Shown: in pieces, positions 56,541-64,000 of the stretch
How the letters are laid out: each line of letters begins with the position of its first letter
Numbering within the stretch: position 1 is the first letter of the stretch
Source of the DNA: an uncultured Gemmatimonadales bacterium
GTDB taxonomy: Bacteria; Gemmatimonadota; Gemmatimonadetes; Gemmatimonadales; Gemmatimonadaceae
Assembly (NCBI GenBank): GCA_963851265.1
Contig: CAWKNZ010000002.1
Span: 576,001 to 640,000, forward strand
Length of the DNA stretch: 64,000 nucleotides
Direction: 5' to 3'
The notes under the pieces: generated by a model
Databases searched by the model: none
What the model was told of the DNA's origin: nothing
The model's input: the letters and a program-made list of their open reading frames with translations, nothing else
Translations under genes and position numbers: made by a program

Positions 56541-56562
56541 GTTGTAGGAGAGTTGTAGGAGA
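56541..56562. repeat. Perfect 11-bp tandem direct repeat
   Basis: GTTGTAGGAGA-GTTGTAGGAGA in the ilvE-HNH intergenic region. Confidence 0.9.
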
Positions 56563-56658
56563 ACCGACCGGCGCGACCGCGCCGCCGGACCGGCGTCCCC
56601 GCGGCCGGGGCGACGGTGCTTTGCGTGCCGCGCGGCGCCACTCGCGCCGGAGGTCATC

Positions 56659-56742
56659 GTGAAGGTCACGCCGACCGCCCGGAGGCTGGGCATCATACGC
56701 AGGCTGAGCCACGCCGGGGCCCTTCATGGGAGGACGGCATGA
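56659..56742 (+). other. Candidate 27-aa leader ORF whose stop overlaps the HNH start (ATGA)
   Basis: GGAGG at 56649-56653, GTG at 56659, MKVTPTARRLGIIRRLSHAGALHGRTA*. Confidence 0.45.
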
Positions 56743-56749
56743 AGGGCCC
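56717..56749 (+). promoter_or_regulatory. 12-bp hairpin occluding the HNH start codon, with the SD in the loop
   Basis: GGGCCCTTCATG-GGAGGACGG-CATGAAGGGCCC. Confidence 0.75.
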
Positions 56750-57290
56750 GGCATGCCTCGCGCTCAACGCGTCCTACGAGCCGCTCACCGTCACGCCGAT
56801 GCGCCGCGCCGTGCGCCTCGTGCTCGAGGGCAAGGCCGAGATCGTCGAGCAGGATGGCGCCGACGTCCGCGCCGGCCTGCTGTCGATGCCGCGTCCCGCC
56901 GTGATCCGCCTGAAGAAGTTCGTCCACGTGCCGCGCAAGTTCCGCCGGCAGGTGACCAACGTCTTCCTGTTCTCGCGCGACCGCCGCACCTGCCAGTACT
57001 GCGGCCGCCCCGAAGCCGAACTGCGCCCGCGCGAGTTCCTCACGCGCGACCACGTCACGCCGCTCTCCCGCGGCGGCGCCAACACGTGGGAGAACTGCGT
57101 CACGGCGTGCAGCACGTGCAACACCCGAAAGGGCAGTCGGACGACGGTGGAGGCGCACATGCCGCTGCTCTCCACGCCCACCGAGCCACACCTGGTCTAC
57201 CTGGTGTGGGCCGTGCGGCGTCTGACGCCGCTTCAACGGCAGTACATCGTGCAGTTTTTCGGAGACGACGTCGCCGCGCTGTTGGAGTGA
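56739..57290 (+). CDS. HNH endonuclease (McrA/HNH_5 type)
   Basis: LALNASYEPL, RDRRTCQYCG, DHVTPLSRGG, WENCVTACSTCNTRKG. Confidence 0.93.
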   Translation: MKGPACLALNASYEPLTVTPMRRAVRLVLEGKAEIVEQDGADVRAGLLSMPRPAVIRLKKFVHVPRKFRRQVTNVFLFSRDRRTCQYCGRPEAELRPREFLTRDHVTPLSRGGANTWENCVTACSTCNTRKGSRTTVEAHMPLLSTPTEPHLVYLVWAVRRLTPLQRQYIVQFFGDDVAALLE

Positions 57291-57340
57291 TGCGGCGTAG
57301 CGCGGCCGGCCGGGCGGGGCGTCGCGCGCCCGCCGGCCCT

Positions 57341-58030
57341 CTACGGTCGGAACGTCTCCGACCGCACCTCGAAGTGCCTCGTCTCCCCGCCCAGCACCCG
57401 CTCCGCCAGCACCTTCAGCCCGTTGCCTAACGCCGTGCCCGGGCTGCGACGCCCGCGCACCGCCGGCCGCAGCTCCCCGCGCAGCCAGCGCTCGACCTCG
57501 TCGAGGTCCGAGAGCGACAGCGTCTCGACGTCGATCACGACGTTGTAGTACGCCCGCTTCCCCCGCGGCGCGACGATCGCCGGGCGAAACGGCCGCTCGG
57601 CCGCCGCCGCCGCCTCGTCCAACTCGGCGAAGCGTCCCAGAAACGTGATCTGGTCGTCGACGATCCGCGCCACGTCGTACACCTTGGCCAGCGGGTCCAG
57701 CCGCACCACGACGTCCCACTCGCGCGTAGCCTGCAGGTCGTTGAACACGCGCCCCACCGTCCACAGCTCGGTCTTGTAGTGGATGCGCACGGGGAAGCTG
57801 TGGCCCAGCAGATCGCGCAACTCCCGGTCGTCCAGCACGCGTACGACGCGCACGAGCGGGCCCTCCGCCGCGAGCGACGCCTGTGCCGGCAGGCGGATCT
57901 CCGCACCCGCGCGCTGCGCGCCGGCCCGCGCCGGCCCGACCGCGGCGAGCGCTACGAGCAGCACTGCCAGCCCGAAGGCGAGCGAACGCCAGCGGCGCAC
58001 GTCGCGCCATCCCAGGACGGTCCGCCGCAC
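57341..58030 (-). CDS. Exported protein, DUF4390-like; start approximate
   Basis: Signal peptide ending ARA-GAQ; VRIHYKTELW...VRLDPLAKVYDV; last gene of a two-component operon. Confidence 0.55.
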   Translation of the reverse strand: MRRTVLGWRDVRRWRSLAFGLAVLLVALAAVGPARAGAQRAGAEIRLPAQASLAAEGPLVRVVRVLDDRELRDLLGHSFPVRIHYKTELWTVGRVFNDLQATREWDVVVRLDPLAKVYDVARIVDDQITFLGRFAELDEAAAAAERPFRPAIVAPRGKRAYYNVVIDVETLSLSDLDEVERWLRGELRPAVRGRRSPGTALGNGLKVLAERVLGGETRHFEVRSETFRP

Positions 58031-58035
58031 GTCGC

Positions 58036-61000
58036 CTAGAATCGGCGCTGCAGTCGCAGGAACACCGTCAACGGCCGGTCGGGCGCGGTCACGCTCTTGG
58101 CCAGGTACACGCCGAACGCGCCGATGTCGCGGCTGCCGTGCGGATGCCCGAAGTCGATGCCCGCGCCGAGATCGGCCAGCGTCGTCCCGAGCGCGGGGAG
58201 CGTGCCCGCCGCGTACTCGATCGACCCTTGACGCGGGCCGACGAGCCAGCCGCGCCCGGCGTCCGCGAACACCACCCACGTGAACTCGGTACGCAGCCCG
58301 CGCCGCACGCGCTCGCCACCCTCGTCGCCGGTGAACAGCCCCACACGCACGTCCGTCCGGTACTCGACCTGCCCGAGCGCGATCCGCTCGCACTGGGCCG
58401 GGTCGCCCGAGGGTTGCAGGCCGCGCACGCTGCAATCGGCCACGTCGAACCCGCCCGTGCCTGCGGCCTGACGGAAGCTGTACCCCGCAATCGCCCCCGG
58501 CCCGCTCACCGACAGACGTCGTTCCAGGGGCAGCGCGTCACCGTGCAGCCTCCCGCCCGCGACGAGTCGGAGGTTCAACTGCGCGTCGGGCGTGAGCCGG
58601 TTGTAGCGCCGCACGTCGAGGAAGCCGCGCCCGTACGCGCGGTGTCCGGGCGTCTCGTCGCGCGCGCCGGGCACCGGGCGCGTGCCGCGCTCGGCGATGT
58701 CGGCCGAGACCGGGGCGAAGTCGTCGAGCGTGCCCGTCCCGTACTCGTAGTCGGCGGCGACATACCATCCCGCCCACGGCCGGTTCACGTCGTTCCGCGT
58801 GTCGATCCGCACGTTGGCCGTGATCAGGTGCATGCGCCCCTCGTCCACCGCCGGATTCGGGCGCCACACCTCGCGGCCGCGCAGGATCGTCGCGGGGTTG
58901 AGCTGCGGGCGCGTGCGCCAGCGCTCGTCGGCGTAGCCCAGGGTCAGCGACGCGTCCGGGCCGAGGTCGGCGCCAGCCGAGACCGCCGCGCCGTGCCGCC
59001 CGTACCAGTCGCGGAAGTCGCGCCGCAGCAGGAATGAAGAGAGCCCCGTCTCCGTCGGTGACAGCTGCCAGTCCTCCACCGGCACGACGACGTCATACAG
59101 TCGGCCGCCCAAGCGCACGTGGCGCCTGCGCCCGACGCGCAGCTCCGCGCGCGCATCGTGTCCGCGGTGTTGCCGGTCCCACTCGAATTCGCCGGCCGTG
59201 CGGTACAGCCCCAGCACGTCGACCGAGAGACGCGCGTCGCGAGCGACCTGCGCCTCGAGCGTGGGCCCGACCACGATCGGAAGTCCTTCGGCCCGGTTGT
59301 ACGCGCCGCCCGACGCGAGCATGAACCCGGCATACGTGCGCGCGCTCGGCGCGCCACCCAGGCGAAAGCGCGCGCGCCGCTCGTCGGTCGCGTCGGGCGC
59401 CAGGGCGTCGGCGTCGCGGACGAGGGTGTCGCCGCGCTGCGCGACCGTCGCCGGCCGCCGGTCGATGCGCAGCTCGCCGCCGAGGAGGGCTTCCCGGCGT
59501 CCGTCCACCAGACCGCCGACGACGAGCACGTCGCCGTCGATCCGCGCACCCGGGCGAAAGGTGAGGTCGCCGTTCACCACCGTCAGTCGGCCCGTGACGC
59601 GCCCCGCCACCGTCACCGGCCCGCTCATAACGGCCACGTCGCCCGCGACCGTGCTGCCGGCGGGCACCACGAACCGGCCGCGCACGCGGAACGTCCCGGG
59701 CGCGTTGTACCGCGCGATGGCATCGGCGATACCGTCCGACGCGGCGTCCGGCACGGTGTCCGGACGTGCGGGCGCCGCGGCCGGCGACGTGGGAGGGTGC
59801 GCCTGGGCGTGCGCGGCCCGCGCCGGCGTGCCCGCGACTCCGACGGCGATGGCGCAGCCGAGCGTGATCGCCAGCCGCCGCATCCGTCGGTAGAGGTTGG
59901 GCCGATCGGTCCTGAGCCGCCGCGCCGCGTCGGCCACGTTGCCTCCCGCGGCCGACAGCGCGCGCACGATCAGCGTGCGTTCGTACGCGTCGAGCGCGTC
60001 GGCGAGCGCGATGTCGAGCCCGGCCGAGTCGGGCAGGGGACCGAGTTCACGCGGCGAGACGTCGGGGCCGCGCTCGTCCGCGTCGCCCGCCCCACCGCCG
60101 GCCCCGAGCACGCGGCGCGCATCCACCGCGCGCACCTCGCCGCCCGGTTGGAGGATCGCGAGCCGCTCCACCACGTTCGCCAGCTCGCGCACGTTGCCCG
60201 GCCACGGGTGTCGCTCCATCACCGCGAGCGCGTCGTCGCTCCACACCGGCGCGGGGCGCCCCGTCCGGGCGCGGTACAGGGACGAGAAGTGCCGCACGAG
60301 CAGGGGGACGTCGCCCGGTCGCTCGCGCAAGGGCGGCAGGTGGATCGGGATCACGTTGAGCCGGAAGAACAGGTCCTCGCGGAACGCGCCCTCGGCGACG
60401 GCGCGCGCGAGCTCCTTGTTCGTGGCCGACACGATCCGCACGTCCACCCGGATCGGCCGCGCGCCGCCCACGCGCTCCACCTCGCCCGCCTCGAGGGCGC
60501 GCAGCAGCTTCGCCTGCGCCTCCGCGCCGAGGTCGCCCACCTCGTCGAGGAACAGCGTGCCGGTGTGGGCCAGCTCGAAGCGCCCGATCCGTCGCTCGGT
60601 GGCGCCGGTGAACGCGCCGCGCTCGTGCCCGAACATCTCGCTCTCGACGAGGTCGCGCGGGATGGCTGCGCAGTTGACGCGCACGAACGGCCGCTCGCGC
60701 CGCGCGCTCGCGGCGTGCAGGCCGGCCGCGACCAGTTCCTTGCCCGTGCCGCTCTCGCCGGTCACCAGCACGCGCGCGTCGGTCGGCCCCACGCGCGCGA
60801 CCATCCCGCGCACCGCGGCCATCGCCGGGCTGTCGCCGATCATCGCCCCGCCGAGCCCGATCTCCTCGCGCAACGCGCGCGCCTCCCGCCGCGCGCGCCG
60901 CAGCTCGAGTGCGCTACCTAACGCCAGCAGGACGCCCTCGGGGGTGAGCGGCTTCTCGAGGAAGGTGAACGCCCCGAGCTTCGTCGCGCGCACGGCGTCG

Positions 61001-61260
61001 CCGAGCGCGGCGCGCCCGCTCATCATCACCACCGGCAGGTCGGGCAGCTGCTCGCGAAGGCGCTCCAGCATCCCGAGCCCGTCGATCGCGCCGGGCATCA
61101 TCAGATCCACGAGCGCGACGTCGGGCTCCGCGGCGCGCACCGCGGCGAGGCCCGCCGTCGCGTCGGGCGCGTCGCGCACGTCGTACCCTTCGCCCGCGAG
61201 CAGCGCGCCGACCATCCGCCGGATGTTCGGCTCGTCGTCGACGATCAGGACACTCGGCAC
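58036..61260 (-). CDS. Sigma-54-dependent response regulator (NtrC/NtrX type) in frame with a beta-helix + outer-membrane beta-barrel protein
   Basis: VDDE/DLMMP/EKP, GESGTGKE, GAFTGA, FLDEV, WPGNVREL, Fis-type HTH; then MRRLAITLG...AHA-Q, GDV/VNGD/IDGDV repeats, YNRAEG, VFADAGRGW, C-terminal F. Confidence 0.85.
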   Translation of the reverse strand: MPSVLIVDDEPNIRRMVGALLAGEGYDVRDAPDATAGLAAVRAAEPDVALVDLMMPGAIDGLGMLERLREQLPDLPVVMMSGRAALGDAVRATKLGAFTFLEKPLTPEGVLLALGSALELRRARREARALREEIGLGGAMIGDSPAMAAVRGMVARVGPTDARVLVTGESGTGKELVAAGLHAASARRERPFVRVNCAAIPRDLVESEMFGHERGAFTGATERRIGRFELAHTGTLFLDEVGDLGAEAQAKLLRALEAGEVERVGGARPIRVDVRIVSATNKELARAVAEGAFREDLFFRLNVIPIHLPPLRERPGDVPLLVRHFSSLYRARTGRPAPVWSDDALAVMERHPWPGNVRELANVVERLAILQPGGEVRAVDARRVLGAGGGAGDADERGPDVSPRELGPLPDSAGLDIALADALDAYERTLIVRALSAAGGNVADAARRLRTDRPNLYRRMRRLAITLGCAIAVGVAGTPARAAHAQAHPPTSPAAAPARPDTVPDAASDGIADAIARYNAPGTFRVRGRFVVPAGSTVAGDVAVMSGPVTVAGRVTGRLTVVNGDLTFRPGARIDGDVLVVGGLVDGRREALLGGELRIDRRPATVAQRGDTLVRDADALAPDATDERRARFRLGGAPSARTYAGFMLASGGAYNRAEGLPIVVGPTLEAQVARDARLSVDVLGLYRTAGEFEWDRQHRGHDARAELRVGRRRHVRLGGRLYDVVVPVEDWQLSPTETGLSSFLLRRDFRDWYGRHGAAVSAGADLGPDASLTLGYADERWRTRPQLNPATILRGREVWRPNPAVDEGRMHLITANVRIDTRNDVNRPWAGWYVAADYEYGTGTLDDFAPVSADIAERGTRPVPGARDETPGHRAYGRGFLDVRRYNRLTPDAQLNLRLVAGGRLHGDALPLERRLSVSGPGAIAGYSFRQAAGTGGFDVADCSVRGLQPSGDPAQCERIALGQVEYRTDVRVGLFTGDEGGERVRRGLRTEFTWVVFADAGRGWLVGPRQGSIEYAAGTLPALGTTLADLGAGIDFGHPHGSRDIGAFGVYLAKSVTAPDRPLTVFLRLQRRF

Positions 61261-61273
61261 CGTCTACGCCGCG

Positions 61274-61909
61274 TCACCCATGGTCGGCCCGCAGCGCGGC
61301 CGACACGGCCGGCGCGGTCGGCGCGGGGGCTGCGATCCGGTCGGTGAGCAGTTGCGCCGAGTAGCGCTGCGCCTCGGAGATCCGCTCGACCTCGATCGCG
61401 ACTGCCTCGACCGCCTGCTCGATGCGCGCCAGGCGTGCCGCGGCCTCCGGCGCGAGCGCCGCCGTCGTCCCCGCGACGACGCGCCGGCCCGCGATCGCGC
61501 GCGAGATCACGAGCGCGATGAGAAACAGGAACGAGAAGACGATCGCGACCACCGGCACGACGCCGTCCGGCACGCCCTGCGGCCTGCGGTCGTGGTCCGT
61601 CGGCTGGAGCGTGGTTCGCACCATCTCCTGGATCTGGTCGCCGTCCAGCCCGACCTTCGGGTCGATCGTGATCGTCTTGCCGTCGGGGCCCGTCACGACG
61701 ATGCGCCCGCCGGGCTCCTTCACGACGCCCGTGTTCGTCCCCGCCTGCGACAGGTCGCGCGCGGCCTGCGCGGCCAGCCTCCCGGCCTCCCGCCCGGCTT
61801 GCGCCGCGTCGTGGGTCGCCTGGGCGAGGTCGGCCCGATCCTGCGTGCTGATCACCGGGGCCTCGGGACTGGCGGGAGGTGTTGGTTGCGAGATCAGACG
61901 AAAGTTCAT
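61274..61909 (-). CDS. Hypothetical single-TM protein with C-terminal coiled coil
   Basis: VVPVVAIVFSFLFLIALVI; RLARIEQAVEAVAIEVERISEAQRY; start overlaps kinase stop. Confidence 0.75.
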   Translation of the reverse strand: MNFRLISQPTPPASPEAPVISTQDRADLAQATHDAAQAGREAGRLAAQAARDLSQAGTNTGVVKEPGGRIVVTGPDGKTITIDPKVGLDGDQIQEMVRTTLQPTDHDRRPQGVPDGVVPVVAIVFSFLFLIALVISRAIAGRRVVAGTTAALAPEAAARLARIEQAVEAVAIEVERISEAQRYSAQLLTDRIAAPAPTAPAVSAALRADHG

Positions 61910-63192
61910 GTACGTGTCTCTGAATGGTCGCCGTCCGGGACTGCCGGGGCACCGTGCACCGGCAGAATGAAACGGATCTCCGTCCCGCGCCCTACGGCAC
62001 TGACCGCGTCAACGTGTCCGCCGTGCGCCAGCACCGTCTGCCGCGCGATCGCCAGCCCCAGCCCCGTCCCGTGCGCCTTGTGCGTGACGTAGGGATCCCA
62101 GATGTGCGCGAGCTGCTCGGGCGCGATGCCGGCGCCCGTGTCACGCACCGCGAGTTCGACCGTTCCGTCCACGCGCCCCACGCGCACGTCCACCCGGCCC
62201 CCCGCCGCCGTCGCCTCGACGGCGTTGAGCAGCACGTTCGTGAGCGCCCGCGCCAGCGCGTCGTAGCGCCCCGGCACCAACGGCACGTCGGGCGCGACCT
62301 CCACGGACGCCTGCAGCGTCTCGGGCACGGTGGTCGCGGTCGCCCACCTCGCCAGCTCGCCCAGATCGACGTCGGCGAGCGGTCCATCGGGGAGCCGGCC
62401 GAACTGCGCGAACCCGCGGGCCATCGCCTCTAACCGCGCGGTCTCCGCCGCCAGCACCTCGACCGCCTCGGCCTGGCCGGGAACGGCGTCGCGCCGCAGC
62501 CGGTCCACCGCGAAGCGGATCGGCGTGAGCGGATTCTTGAGCTCGTGCGCCACGCGCCGCGCCGCCTCACGAAACGCCTCCGCCCGCTCGGCTTCGAGCG
62601 CGCGCTCGCGCCCCGCGGCCAGCTCGCGCGCCATCGTGCGCATCCGCCGTCGCAGCACGCGAAACTCCGGCGCGCCACGCGGCTCGGGCTCCTGCGGCAG
62701 CGGCGCCCCCTCCTGGACGAGCCCCGTCCAGCGCACCAGTTGCCCGAGCGGCCGCGACAGCTGCCGGCTGAGGTGCCCCGCCACGCGCGACGCGACGAGC
62801 GTGAGTCCGGCGACGAGCAGCGCCCCGCCCGCAAGCAGCACGCGCGCCACTCGCGGGGCCACGTAGCTGTACCGGCGGGACAGCTCGAGCGACGCGCGCA
62901 GCTCCTGCGCGTGCGCGTCGACCGCCCGGTCGAGCGCGCGGCGCTCGACCGGGGTGAGCGGGCGCGTCCTCCGCGGGTCGGCCGCGGCGCGCGCCGCGGC
63001 GAGCGCCACCTCGCCCGTGGCCGCTGCACGCTCCCACGCGACGCCGCCGCTCAGGAGCGGCACCGCGCGCGCGATCGCGCCCGTCCACGCGAGGGTTAAC
63101 AGCACCGACGGGCAGACGGCGAACAGCAGCAGGATGGCGAAGAGGCGCGCCCGATACGACAGCCGGAGCGGGCGGAGCCGAGTGCGGATCAC
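61906..63192 (-). CDS. Membrane sensor histidine kinase (2 TM, HAMP-like, HisKA, HATPase; NtrY-like H box); start approximate
   Basis: RRVAHELKNPLTPI, NVLLNAVEA, DTGAG, GTGLGL. Confidence 0.9.
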   Translation of the reverse strand: MIRTRLRPLRLSYRARLFAILLLFAVCPSVLLTLAWTGAIARAVPLLSGGVAWERAAATGEVALAAARAAADPRRTRPLTPVERRALDRAVDAHAQELRASLELSRRYSYVAPRVARVLLAGGALLVAGLTLVASRVAGHLSRQLSRPLGQLVRWTGLVQEGAPLPQEPEPRGAPEFRVLRRRMRTMARELAAGRERALEAERAEAFREAARRVAHELKNPLTPIRFAVDRLRRDAVPGQAEAVEVLAAETARLEAMARGFAQFGRLPDGPLADVDLGELARWATATTVPETLQASVEVAPDVPLVPGRYDALARALTNVLLNAVEATAAGGRVDVRVGRVDGTVELAVRDTGAGIAPEQLAHIWDPYVTHKAHGTGLGLAIARQTVLAHGGHVDAVSAVGRGTEIRFILPVHGAPAVPDGDHSETRT

Positions 63193-63405
63193 GGGCGGAC
63201 GCGGGGCAGACGCGGGGGCGACCGCGCGGCAGCGCGCGGCAGCGCGCGGCAGCGCGCGGGGCCAACGGTGCAGGCAACTTAGGGTTCGGACGCCGCGTTC
63301 GGACCGGACCGTGCAGGGGCGCGCGTGTCGCGCTTTACCCCACTCTGGCACGGGGTTACCCTTCGCACGCGATATGGCACGCTTCCGTCCGCGCACGACC
63401 ACCTG

Positions 63406-64000
63406 ATGGCCGACCAGCCGACGCTCGACCAGCTCTTCGCTCAGCGCGCCATCACCCGGGCGGAGCGCCCGCTGGTCGTCGCCGGTGCGCGCACGCTCAC
63501 CTACGCCGACGTCGACCGGCGGGGCGCCGCGCTCGCCGCCGCGCTCGCCGACCTCGGCGTGGCCCGCGGTGACCGCCTCGCCATCGCCCTGCCCAACCGC
63601 GCCGAGTGGATCGTCGTCCTGCGCGCCGCCGCGGCCCTCGGCGCGGTCGTCGTTCCGGTCAACCCGCGGCTCGGTCCGCACGAGCTCAAGTACCAGCTCC
63701 GGCACGCGGGCGCGGCGTGCCTCGTCGTCGCCGACCGCGACGACGGGCTCGACACCCTCACGCTGTACGAGGGCGTGCTCGCCGATCTGCCGGCGCTCCG
63801 CCTGTTAGTCACCGTCGGCGACGAGACGGAGCGCTGGTACGACGACCGGATCTTCCGCCTCGAAGACCTGGTCTCCAAGGGCGAGGGCCGCCGCCCGCCG
63901 ACACCCGACGTCGGGCCCGACGTCGATCTCGCCCAGCTCTACACGTCGGGCACGATGGGCAATCCGAAGGGCGTCCGGTTGAGCCACCGCGCCGTCATCC
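63406..64000 (+). CDS. AMP-binding acyl-CoA synthetase family protein, 5' part only
   Basis: Manual translation: LTYADVD, GVARGDR, VPVNPRL, YTSGTMGNPKGV. Confidence 0.93.
   Translation, partial: MADQPTLDQLFAQRAITRAERPLVVAGARTLTYADVDRRGAALAAALADLGVARGDRLAIALPNRAEWIVVLRAAAALGAVVVPVNPRLGPHELKYQLRHAGAACLVVADRDDGLDTLTLYEGVLADLPALRLLVTVGDETERWYDDRIFRLEDLVSKGEGRRPPTPDVGPDVDLAQLYTSGTMGNPKGVRLSHRAVI

Noticed and set aside
56739..57290. HNH gene as IscB/Cas9-like or part of a CRISPR system
   Set aside because: Only 183 aa, with no RuvC motifs, no repeat-spacer array and no cas or transposase genes nearby.
63222..63259. Short tandem GCGCGCGGCA-like repeats
   Set aside because: Low-complexity GC repeat without spacers; not a CRISPR array.
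63346..63390. Two TGGCACG heptamers as sigma-54 promoters
   Set aside because: Neither has GC at the required -12 spacing.

Overview
Very GC-rich (roughly 75% by eye) bacterial chromosomal segment whose gene content and order resemble Gemmatimonadota (inference). It is mostly housekeeping: aroB, tamA/tamB-like pair, feoAB, lgt, tsaD, rpe, rsmB-fmt-def-yajC-tgt-queA, ruvABC, yebC, msbA/lpxL-like genes, tyrS, PBP1A, ilvE and an NtrY/NtrX-like two-component locus. I saw no rRNA, tRNA, CRISPR array, transposase or integrase. Four observations stand out. (1) The non-palindromic octamer CGTTAGGC/GCCTAACG occurs at least 16 times exactly, plus 3 near copies, on both strands and mostly inside genes, where it forces rare TTA/CTA codons. 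(2) One 1074-aa ORF joins a complete sigma-54 activator (REC-AAA+-HTH), through a signal-peptide-like stretch, to a beta-helix plus outer-membrane beta-barrel. (3) An HNH nuclease gene has its start codon inside a perfect 12-bp hairpin, with an overlapping 27-codon upstream ORF and an 11-bp tandem repeat. (4) Many genes look leaderless (TAnnnT-N5-8-start), sometimes reusing the upstream stop codon as part of the -10 box. Start codons were chosen by eye and all counts are manual.
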